A stretch of DNA of 64,000 nucleotides from Octopus bimaculoides. Its lineage: Eukaryota. A program made the position numbers and the translations under genes. Under the pieces are notes generated by a model. It was given only the letters and a program-made list of their open reading frames with translations, was not told the DNA's origin and searched no databases. Location of the stretch: positions 19,242,607-19,306,606 of the forward strand of contig NC_068993.1 in NCBI RefSeq assembly GCF_001194135.2, in the 5' to 3' direction. Shown piece by piece: positions 1-11,334 of this stretch; within the stretch, counting starts at the first letter, position 1; each line of letters begins with the position of its first letter.

Positions 1-1640
1 ATATATATATATATATATATATATGTATATGCATATGTCTATGTATACATACAGTGATATGTGTATACGTGCATGTGTAAAATATGTTCATAGGGAAAAA
101 GGAATAAATACTGATATATCAATAATGGTATATTTCATTGTAGAATTAGAGCTCTCTAACTTTTCCTGTATTGTTTTCATATTTCATAACAACGCTGAAT
201 GGATATATTTTGGTCATATAATGAGATAGAGTCTATTCTACACTTGAGTATGCATGTGTGTTTATGCATGTAGGACACTCCCTGAAAGTCGATAAAATCA
301 ATAATACATGATAGAGAAAGGTAAAACCATTTATATATCGGTAGCTGTAGCATTCATTAATAATAACAAAATAACACGTTCGCATATAAAAGGTATAATG
401 TTACACATATGCGTACATACATACTTATATACATACATTCGTACCTATGCACACATGCAAACATACACACATATATGATAATATATGTTTAATTCATAAC
501 AAAATAAAAACAGCGCAGTGGAGCAGTAGGGTGTGTTAGAGGCGACGTGATATTCCTTATCATCTTGAAAGTCTATATTTTATTATTCACTTACCATAAC
601 ATCGATAGAACCGTTTCTGGTATATCAAATAATTATTAACTTTTACTCATTCTCATAATTCCATTAACGGTTAACAGAAACAGCAATGTCATATATTTTT
701 GATCGATTATTTGTAAAAAAGTTAATTTCATAGACTGAAATCTGTGAAAATATTCAATAAATCTTCTTGATAATATTTTTTTTTATTCTCTTTCCAATTT
801 ATTCCAGCATAAAAACTTATTCTAGAAATAAATAAATGAATATATAAAATACAAACATGCAATGATAATATCTATTCACATATTTTAAAACTAAGCCATA
901 GCAACTGTTGTAGTACACCAGATAGCTTAATGTGAAAACAAGATAGCAATAGGGTTTCAGTTTCCGTTATGCAAATGTACTCTACTTAAACCTGAAATTC
1001 TCTTTTCTCTTTTGTAGTTTGGAAAATGGATAAATTTCACAACTTCGTTATTTCTCTTTCGGTTAAAATAAGAGGTGAATTTGTAATCTAATAAACTTGG
1101 ACCTTGCAAAAGAGGCAATTTCAATATTTTCTTCATATTTTGGTGTAGTAAACGATATTGTTCCTACTCGTGTCTCAACTAGATTCAAGCAAAACTCTAG
1201 ATAGCAATTTACAGAAATTGTTACAAATATTTTGGCACATATTAATGCAAACCGGTTTTTGCTGATTTAACAATAGCAAAAGTAAATTTTTGCAAACCAT
1301 AACTGAGATTGCTTTTAAAAGTTAAGAAAATATACGTTAGTTGATGTTCATATATTGTCATTAATGTCATAACAAGTAGCATCCTTCTTACTCCTGGTAA
1401 TCTCATGAGAGTATTTAAAATCTGTATTGCAAGTTAGAAACAGTGTCAACTCGTACTTTTTAGAATGTTCGGGTGAATAAAACATCACAGTTAATTTACT
1501 ACACCGTTAATCCAGTGAATATTGTCTTTCGTATGTCAAGCACACAAATACATAGGTAAATACATACATAGACATATACATACATATATATATTTACATA
1601 TATATACATACATACATACACATACACGTACACACACACA

Positions 1641-1702
<62 letters not shown>

Positions 1703-2333
1703 ATAATAAGCCAGGTTTCGAGAGAGGTGAATCATAAATAAATAAATAACAAACGATGCATAGATGTCAGTTCCTTACAGCTGTTTCCAATGAATTTTTT
1801 AATTGTTTAATGAGTACATTGTATCAATATAAAAGATTGTTTTTACTTCAGATGAATGCACTAAAGGACATTTAAGAACATTTAAAAAACATTTAAAATC
1901 CACGGCATGTTCATATCTTGTAATTCCACGATCACCGTCTGCGTCTGTACTCGTTAATCAATTAAAAAATTCGTTGGAAACTGGAGTAATGAACTAACTA
2001 TCTATAGTTTCTTATATATATATGTACATGGATCAAAACAGTTTGATTCAAATTCGTTGGTACTCCGAGAGCTTCAAGCGTGATGCTAATCTTCAGCCGA
2101 TTTCAATCTGAATTCAAATAAAAAATGGCTGAAGATTAGCATCACACTAATATATCTATATGACAAAGACTGATTTTCAAACGCCATGCAAGAACACAAA
2201 CTACAAGACCAAATGCGACATTTCATCTGATTTCCTTAAGAAAATTTAATTTTCATAACAGTACGTAATTGAGGAAAATAGCCTCTATTACTTCTCAAAT
2301 TTTATTTCTATCATTCTTAATATGTATGTATGA

Positions 2334-2371
<38 letters not shown>

Positions 2372-3489
2372 TTTTTGCGTGCGCGCGCGTGTGTGAAAGT
2401 AATTACTAAAGTCGAAAAGTTTCTTTTTTCCATATATGGAGATTAGCTTCATCCTGAAAATGTTGCATATTTTTTTATGCCATACAGTGCTAAATGCTTC
2501 TTATAGAAAGTGTGCATGTTAATGGTACAGAATGTCTCCATTCCAAACATAGAGAAACATTTAAAAGATACCCCTGTAGTAAAGTATATCACAAGGTTAG
2601 ATCATGCATAATTCTGATATAGAATGGATTTTCGACGTATACATAAAATTCTCGGGAAAATGGCATAAGTTACTGAAAGACTGATTTCAAGTCCATTATC
2701 TTTCGTCAACTTTTGGCTAACAGCTTCGATAAGTGTAAACTATATCGGCATAACAAGGCAAAGAAGTGAAAACAGACTAGATTAATAATCTAGATACTGC
2801 CTAGCTGAAAACGTGCTTGTATATCACTAATATTTATTGCACAGGGAGATTATTTAAGACTTCAGCATTAATATACCTGACAGTGCAGAATGTTTTCCGT
2901 TCTAGCGGCTCGCATCTAAGTGGAGTGTAATGTTCAGAGTTTGTTATTTTTCCCTTTTCCAAGGATTGTATTCAGAGGTGATCAAAGAAAAACACCACGT
3001 AGCACCTGTCAATGTTTTGTAGTCATGTGTTTCCTTGTCCAGAACACCTGAGTTCTACTCACTTTATGTTTTTACATTAGGGATTTGGAAGGTGCGAATT
3101 CCAAATAATAACTGCCAAAGATCCAAGATCTCTTCATATAGTTTATTGCGACAAAGTAATCTCAGATGCGAGTAGTAAGTGAAATCCTATGTGTGTGACG
3201 GAACTAATATTGCAAAGTTTGTTATTTGGGAAATAAGTAGATTGCCCATGTCCAGCCCGCAGCTACCTTATGTCTGTCTGTCTTTGTCTGTCCCCTCTAT
3301 GTAATGCCGTTAATGGCGAAATTTATTGAAATAAAGTAGATTGGTATTCTAATAAATCAGAAATTTATGACTTAATTGAAGAAGATATTTCTTTAATTTA
3401 TTTATCTATCATTAACATATTTTAAACAATTAAAATTATTTCTCTATCCCACATAAAGAAATTACCAATAAATCAAATTGCATTGATCA

Positions 3490-4600
3490 GTTACAGAATA
3501 ACTTCGCCGCACTGTGCGCAACTCAGGCAAGGATGGTTCACGGCACTTTGAATTTATCCCGAATTTATCCCGGCAATGCTGTCCCGATAGCACTGCCAGG
3601 CCAGGAATTTCGGAGAATTATCCATGGATCTTGGCACGAAAATCCTCCGAAACAACTAGCCAGCTGATTCTCGTCGACGCCCAGAGTCTTCCCGAAAACG
3701 TTGTCTCACTTGGCTCCAGCTAAACTTCTATACAACACCAAGCTGGAACTTCCACGTACCGCATTGCCCGACTGACAGATGACTGTGAACGCTTAACAAC
3801 ACTCTAGGTACCAGGCACCCTACCCCGGTCTGTGCTTCATCTACGACTGCAGCTCAGTCAAAGAGACGAGCTACAGAAGAGTGAATGTGACAAACGGTGA
3901 TCACGCTTACCGTCAAAGAAGGCCAAGAGCTGTATCCTCGGTACCTGTCTATGCATCAGCAGTGTTGACAACAAATGGGGCGCCTGTCCAGTGGAACGCT
4001 TCTCTTCCACAGACAGCGAAAGAGTATGCGCCCTTGTTTAATCAGATGCAAACTGGAACAAAGCACGACGGTCAAGCAGTAACATATATGGCGGTGGCGA
4101 TGTATGCTTTCGCCTCCTCTACCTGACCATTCAGAGAAAGCTGTCTCTAGGGCACATTTCTGGCTAAGATTGGGTGCTTTTCTCGTCACCTCGTCCCAGT
4201 ACTTCTCTACACGGAAATCCAGACCAAACTAGGCGCTGAGCAATTTAACAGGTCCCTCCGACCATCTTCCCACGACGCTATTGGACGGCATGAACATCTC
4301 TCTCTAGGTGCCGTTGGTGGTCAACCACGTTTATTCGTGGTCGACCCTTTCGAAGGCTTTTGGTTGATCCAAATCGATCAGGACGCCACCCATGCCAGTT
4401 TCTTTACCGACTCTGTCTATAGTGAATCACATGAAGTGGAGTTTGTCGAAGATAGATCTGCTTGTAATGGCGCAAGTTTTCGCATGACCAATCAGCTCCT
4501 CATAGACAAGCACGAACAGCTTCGCTAACACCTTGTCCAAAATTTTGAAATCTGCGTTCAGCTGTGTTAAAGGACTTTTTGGGAGGGCAAAATATTGCCC
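3490..4600 (-). mobile_element. Degenerate L1/Tx1-clade non-LTR retrotransposon (RT and C-terminal region, internally deleted)
   Basis: Minus-strand translation gives PLTQLNADFKILDKVLAK...RSIFDKLHF...LIDLDQPKAFERVDH (L1/Tx1 RT pattern LLNxDYKILAK...LDQEKAFDRVDH). Further left is RILFRCLWKRSVPLDRRPICCQH and a zf-RVT-like tail. Stops and frameshifts present; GC is higher than the flanks. Confidence 0.85.
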
Positions 4601-4812
4601 CCTATTGAGTAGAATAACAGTAGAACACCAGTCAAAAAATTTCTGGTGCTCTCAGTAACAAATAATATCATAATCCCTGCACAAGGCAATAAAAAACGGG
4701 TGAAGACAAAATGATTTTGAATGTAACCTATGCAACATATTCAAAAATACGTCTGATGTATTCCGCAGCAAATATGATAATAATAAGGATAACAATTTTG
4801 AGTGGAATTGGC

Positions 4813-4977
4813 AAGTCGATTACATCGACCCCAGGATTGGACGGCTCCTTTTTTTTTAACGGATCAGCAGGCTAAAAAGAAAGTTGAACTGGGCTGAATT
4901 TGAACATAGGGCGTCGACAGCAAATACCACACGGCATTTGTTCCGAGGCTCTTCGGATTATTCCAGCTCATCGCCGT
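4813..4977 (-). mobile_element. tRNA-derived SINE, family A (degenerate)
   Basis: Reverse complement matches the recurring unit gagctggcagaatcgttagc...gttcaaattcc...ggggtcgatgtaatcgactt seen many times in this window. Confidence 0.75.
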
Positions 4978-5130
4978 AATTATAGTTATAATAATAGAAA
5001 TAGTTGAATTGCTGCAAGATTTAGCGATTGTCTGCTGCTAGTATAAATATATACTAAGTTGCTATTAGGTCTGTGAGTCGAAATAAGTAGACATTTTAGA
5101 GAATTGGAAGCCTATTTTCGACCGACTTAC

Positions 5131-5274
5131 CTCTTGCTTTAATCTTACTTCAGTCACACAATGGATTCGGTTGTCTACTAAGTGTTCCTCTTTATATTAG
5201 TGTCGTTATACAAAATCACAATTCTTTAAACAGAGGATGATACATAATACTGGTAGCCATTGCAGGCAACCTTC
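5131..5274 (-). other. Candidate non-coding or pseudo-exon (144 nt)
   Basis: Acceptor ttttattttgtgacttttAG and donor GAG|GTAAGT on the minus strand. All three frames contain stops. Confidence 0.3.
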
Positions 5275-6699
5275 CTAAAAGTCACAAAATAAAATATACT
5301 CTTCCAATCAAACAGTATTTGTATGTATTTATAGGAATTTTTTTGTAGACATTTCTTTTCTGATCTATTTACGGTATGTACTGTCTAGAATATATAATAG
5401 CATACGCAATATATCGAGTAACTGATTACAGGTTTGACCTTTAGAACATACGATTTATGTATCAATATATTCAACTTTATATGTCTTCTGTCTTGTCTTA
5501 CTTATTGTCTTCATATTTTCTTAAGTTTATATGTAGTGAGTGTGTGTACAAATGTGTGTATTTGGTTTGGGCGAATGGAAATTATTTAATAATATATTTC
5601 AATATCTATCTCTCTGTATTATATGCATATATGAATACTTATATACTAAAAGAANNNNNNNNNNNNNNNNNNNNNNNNNNNNNNNNNNNNNNNNNNNNNN
5701 NNNNNNNNNNNNNNNNNNNNNNNNNNNNATATATATATTACATACGTACATACATATATATATTTACATACATAAATACATATATATATATATATACATA
5801 TAAAAGCGTACATATATATGTACATACATGTATATATGCATATATGAATACTTATATACTAAAAGAAGCACACGCATAAATGTGTGTGTATTCATACACA
5901 AACATATGCGTCAGTGTGGCTGGGCCTCGTTATAAAGTCTATATATGTTATTGAGTGTATTATGTGGTCTAAGTTTCAGTTGTTATAACTTGTGGTTTAG
6001 AAGAAATTTTAGATTTCTGTCTTCCATAGTATTATGAATAAAAGTATATCTCTTTCATGTCCACTACAATCTCTTTTGTCGCTAGCTAGTTTGCTAATCT
6101 TTTTTTTTTGTCCTGAATGAAGATGATTCTACACATATGGTGATGTTTCACTGTGTTAAGACACAATATATTTTTTTAATATTCAAAATATCTTGCCTAG
6201 CTACTTCTTTGGCTGGGGAAGAACTAGTGACACACGACGCTCTGCTTTACTTTACTTCTTGATTTTTTTCTGGGTAGGGGGGGGGTGCTTTATGATCAGA
6301 GCAGTGTAGAAATTCTGGAGAGACATTGCTTAATGAGATAGTGTTGTACTACAATGGAATGTCCTTCAAAATGACTAACCCACCCACCCATCCATCCATC
6401 CATCCATCCATCCATCCATCCATCCATCCATCCATCCATCTATCCCTCCATCCGTCCATACATACATACATACATACATATGCAGCGTTCCCACTCAACA
6501 CAAAGCAATATCTGTGGACCGTGGTTTCTGGGTTGTTTCCCTACCTCAGCACAGAATAACTGCTTGGCTAGAGACGGCGCGGCTAAAATCCTGTTCGAAA
6601 ATATATATAATTTTGAAAGTGACACAGAGTCACTACGTGGTCATCAGTTTTGCAAAAGAGTTTTTTTTATTGTCTCTCGGTGTAGTGTTGCATGCTTAC

Positions 6700-6817
6700 C
6701 TTTCCATGCACGCCATCGTCTCGGAAACAAAAAAATGGAATTCCACATTTTCTAGCATGCTGCTACTTTAGCTCGGTCCTCAACTGTCAAACGCTTACAA
6801 ATTTCCTTATTTGGGAG
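6700..6817 (-). pseudogene. F-box-like domain remnant (FBXO33/FBXO39-like spacing) with in-frame TAG, ending at a splice donor
   Basis: Translation LPNKEICKRLTVEDRAKVAAC*KMWNSIFLFPRRWRAWK fits E-I-x3-L-x3-D-R-x9-W-x3-F-x2-P-x2-W-R. Donor AAG|GTAAGC follows directly. TAG at 6754-6752, and another in-frame TAA just upstream of LP. Confidence 0.4.
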
Positions 6818-6919
6818 TCGAATTTACTTTTGCTGAAAGCACTTTAGAATTTTTTGCATCTGATCTTCGTACTTTGTTCTTCTGTGTGAAGTCTTGTGTC
6901 CAAATTGTTGACAACTGTA

Positions 6920-7210
6920 ACGTTTTTTACATTATTTACATGATTTACATTCGACGGCTATTTGTCCTCATCTTCTTTGCTAACAACGTTTCGGCTGATA
7001 TACCCTCCATCCTTCTTCAGGAGTGTTGGGGAAATTTCGAAACTGGGTTCTCATTCCTAAGGTATTTTTCGATGTTATTATACAGTGTTAACACAAACAC
7101 TGTTTGTGCTAACAACAAACAAGATGGGGACAAATATCCGTCGAATGTAAATAATATAAAGAATGTAAATAATTTACATAATTCCTCATTTCTGAAATAT
7201 AGAACTGTAT
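6920..7210 (-). mobile_element. Non-autonomous Penelope-like repeat with inverted arms and a hammerhead-ribozyme-like core
   Basis: 6944-6979 matches the reverse complement of a 36-nt segment within 7116-7151 at 33/36. Minus strand 7020-6988 reads CTGAAGA-A-GGATG-gagggtatat-CAGCC-GAAAC. aactgta occurs at both flanks (6913-6919, 7203-7209). Confidence 0.6.
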
Positions 7211-8127
7211 TGCAACATTTTTGTTTTTTAAAAGGACAATATTTTCTAAAATGTACGCATCGACATCTGTAACATAGATTATGACCCAGCAATCTTCTTT
7301 GGTTATACTTTCTCGGTCGACATATGTGTATTTTTGCGAAATCGATTTCTTGAATTTTTCTTACGTCGTGTTTCAGGTTCAACGTCCTTTGATACACTTC
7401 TGCAACAATCTGCAGGGTTAAATCTTTGTTCATTTGTTCAAGTTTTGCTTCGTTTATAACACGGTGATGTAAGATATGTATTACTGCTGTTCCATTACTG
7501 CTTCCAAAGAGAGGTTTGTTGCAAGAGCGCTTGTGAAGAATAAATCAAGTCTATTTGATTATTAAAAACCGTTGGTCGGTGCTAGGGACAGAGTAAGGCA
7601 TGACTTACTTACAAAGCGCGCAGTGAGTAATGAGAAAAATAATTTGCTATGAATTAGTTACATATATTAATATACATACAGAAGCTTCCTTATAATAAAC
7701 ATTTATGATGCTACTATTTCTTTTATTTTCCAGCACTGTATTATCACTTATTGATATATTATTCAGTGTGAGAGTTAACTGAGAAACTCGATTCGAAATA
7801 TATTAATAACATATCTACGATATTATTCTTAGTAAAATGACAATAGGCAAACATTAATCTGATATATTGCTTTCTTAAAATTAAATAAATATTTTCAAAA
7901 TATATATCGTCTACTGAGACGGCGATGTCATCGATCCGCATTCGCATTCAAAAGCAGACTTATCTAATCATACACATATCTGTAAATATGAGTATGTTTT
8001 TAATTTTCTTTATCGTAGTTTGTACCCCCAGCTGGTTTTTCTCTCTCTTTCGCTGCGCCTGTCTGTCTCTTCCCATCTTTGTCTCAATATGTATCTCAGT
8101 GTGGGTTGATGTATGTACATATATATT

Positions 8128-8162
<35 letters not shown>

Positions 8163-8342
8163 GCGCGCGTGTACACATACATGCACACGCACACAACCAC
8201 ACACATAGAGTAACGTATCCATATATATAAATATATATATATGGATTTATATATGTGTATATCTATCTATCTATATGTACGAGTGCGTGTGTGCATATAT
8301 ATATATACATGTAATCATATATTCATATATACATATATACAC

Positions 8343-8388
<46 letters not shown>

Positions 8389-9517
8389 NNNNNNNNNNNN
8401 NNNNNNNNNNNNNNNNNNNNNNNNNNNNNNNNNNNNNNNNNNNNNNNNNNNNNNNNNNNNNNNNNNNNNNNNNNNNNNNNNNNNNNNNNNNNNNNNNNNN
8501 NNNNNNNNNNNNNNNNNNNNNNNNNNNNNNNNNNNNNNNNNNNNNNNNNNNNNNNNNNNNNNNNNNNNNNNNNNNNNNNNNNNNNNNNNNNNNNNNNNNN
8601 NNNNNNNNNNNNNNNNNNNNNNNNNNNNNNNNNNNNNNNNNNNNNNNNNNNNNNNNNNNNNNNNNNNNNNNNNNNNNNNNNNNNNNNNNNNNNNNNNNNN
8701 NNNNNNNNNNNNNNNNNNNNNNNNNNNNNNNNNNNNNNNNNNNNNNNNNNNNNNNNNNNNNNNNNNNNNNNNNNNNNNNNNNNNNNNNNNNNNNNNNNNN
8801 NNNNNNNNNNNNNNNNNNNNNNNNNNNNNNNNNNNNNNNNNNNNNNNNNNNNNNNNNNNNNNNNNNNNNNNNNNNNNNNNNNNNNNNNNNNNNNNNNNNN
8901 NNNNNNNNNNNNNNNNNNNNNNNNNNNNNNNNNNNNNNNNNNNNNNNNNNNNNNNNNNNNNNNNNNNNNNNNNNNNNNNNNNNNNNNNNNNNNNNNNNNN
9001 NNNNNNNNNNNNNNNNNNNNNNNNNNNNNNNNNNNNNNNNNNNNNNNNNNNNNNNNNNNNNNNNNNNNNNNNNNNNNNNNNNNNNNNNNNNNNNNNNNNN
9101 NNNNNNNNNNNNNNNNNNNNNNNNNNNNNNNNNNNNNNNNNNNNNNNNNNNNNNNNNNNNNNNNNNNNNNNNNNNNNNNNNNNNNNNNNNNNNNNNNNNN
9201 NNNNNNNNNNNATATTTTATTTTATTTATGCATACACGCACACATACATATACACACGTACATATACACACTTACGCACAAATACACGTACGTGCACACA
9301 TATAAACGCATATATACTTCCCACACATACCACACACGTACACATGCACACACATACATGCACGCAGACACACACACATAAACACACACACAAACGCGCA
9401 TACATACACGCACGCACACAGGAACGCACATATACCTCCACACAAAAAGCGCACACATACATACACACTCATACATATACGTACGCCCACACACATACAT
9501 AAACAGGTACACACATA

Positions 9518-10682
9518 CAGGGGTTGGACAAAATAATGGAAAAACCAAGCATCATAGCATCATAATTTTGAAATATCTATAAAACCGTCAAAAGCTTGTT
9601 TATTTTTATGTTTTTTGATTCATCATTAGTGTTGCTTAATATGTTTTACTAAAATTGCTGTTTCTTTTCAGATATCATCAAAAAAGGTAATTAAAATTCA
9701 TTAAAATAACAGATCCATCGGACTTTCAAAGAGGTCAAATTGTTGGTGCTCGTATGGCAGGCGCTAGCGTAACAAAATGTTTGGTATATCAAAAAGTACT
9801 GTCTCGAAAGTAATGACAGCCTTTGAGAAAGAGGGTAAAACCTCCTTNNNNNNNNNNNNNNNNNNNNNNNNNNNNNNNNNNCTAATGACCATCTCAAGAA
9901 CCCAGTTTCCACAAAAGCTGTTCGCCGGGAGCTGCAGAAAGCCGGATTTCACAGGAGGGCTGGAATCAGAAAACCGCTACTTTCAAAAACAAGCGTTGCA
10001 AGGCGTTTAGAGTGGAGTAAAAACCTGCAGAATTGGTCCCTAGAGCAGTGGAAGAATGTTATTCTCTCAGACGAGTCATCCTTTACCGAGTATACGTGTG
10101 GAGACACCCAAAAGAAGCATTTGACTCAGACTGCCTTCTTCCAACTGTTAAACATGGAGGAGGGTCTGTGGTGATCGGTGGGAGGGGGCTATATCTTGAA
10201 GTCCGCCGGCCCAATGGTTTCCCTTCGTGGCAGACGTAATAGTCAAGACTATTTAATCAAATTCATCTGATCAAATTCTTCCTATAGTTGCGGAACTGTT
10301 TCTGGAGGGAAACGCAATCTTTCAGGATAAAACATCAATTCACACAGCTAATGTTGTTACTGAATGACACAAAGAACATTCTACTGAAGTCGAATATCTT
10401 ATCTGGCCACCACAGTCCCCAGATCTCAACATTATTGAACATTTAAGGTGCACTTTAGGAAAACAAGTAAGGAGTTGATATCCTCTACCATCATCACTAC
10501 AAGAACTGGATACGGTTTTAGCTGAAGAATGGACGAAAATTGCTTTGGAAACAGTTCAAACTTTGTACGAGTCCATACCTCGTAGAAGTCAAGCTGCAAT
10601 TACTGCCATAGGCGGTCCTACCCCATATTAAAATAAATTTGTTGAAATTTTAGGGTGTTTCTATTATTCTGTCCAACTCCTG
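9518..10682 (+). mobile_element. Full-length Tc1/mariner (Tc1-type) DNA transposon with decayed transposase
   Basis: TIRs caggggttggacaaaataatggaaa and revcomp caggagttggacagaataatagaaa, flanked by TA at 9516-17 and 10683-84. Transposase motifs DFQRGQIVGARMAG, FGISKSTVSKV (HTH), SDESSF, TVKHGGGSV, IFQD..SIH and WPPQSPDLNIIEHL, with frameshifts and stops. Confidence 0.95.
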
Positions 10683-11275
10683 TACTTCAAACTGCCATTC
10701 CTCTATGCACATGTGAAGAGACACACAACTACACAAAGGACCACCACTCCTGTTACCATGCTGCTGAATTTTTCCTACAGCATTGAGACACAAAGTTCAC
10801 TCACACATACACATATAAACAGCCAACACCACACAAGCACCACACATACAACACATACACATACATACATACACGCAGGCTACTACTACTACACACACAC
10901 ACACACAGACTTGGGCGCACGCACATACCCAGACATACACACACATACCTCCTTCTTTTACACTCTTCTGTCTTAGAAAGTATTTTTTCTTCACCCATTC
11001 CCTTCCGGTCATTTCAAAACGTAATCACATGCGAATCGTTGGAGAGCTTTTTCGTCCGTCTTCCATTTCAGTTGAACTTTTCTCCTGTTTCTGAAGAAGA
11101 TCTTTGCTCAAAATATAAAACCACCTTTCTTTCCTTCCTTGAGTGTCTGCTAATACTTTACATTTACCACGTCCTCACGTTGTTTCTTTTTTGTGTTCTT
11201 AGATTTTTTTGATTTACTATACTTATATATATATATATATATGTATTTATTTACATATTTGCAAATCTCTCTCTT

Positions 11276-11334
<59 letters not shown>

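Noticed and set aside
1018-1074. Plus-strand 57-nt exon candidate (WKMDKFHNFVISLSVKIR)
   Set aside because: Good acceptor but weak donor (GTGAAT) and no convincing continuation; it conflicts with the minus-strand donor chain.
5620-5870. Duplicated ~35-bp segment on both sides of a gap
   Set aside because: Probable scaffolding overlap artefact; the same pattern occurs at 31325-31402.
6540-6650. Possible C/D-box snoRNA on the minus strand (cTGATGA ... CTGA)
   Set aside because: No terminal stem, non-purine before the C box, and no recognisable guide complementarity.
7017-7433. 138-aa minus-strand ORF
   Set aside because: It runs through the Penelope-type repeat and has no recognisable domain.
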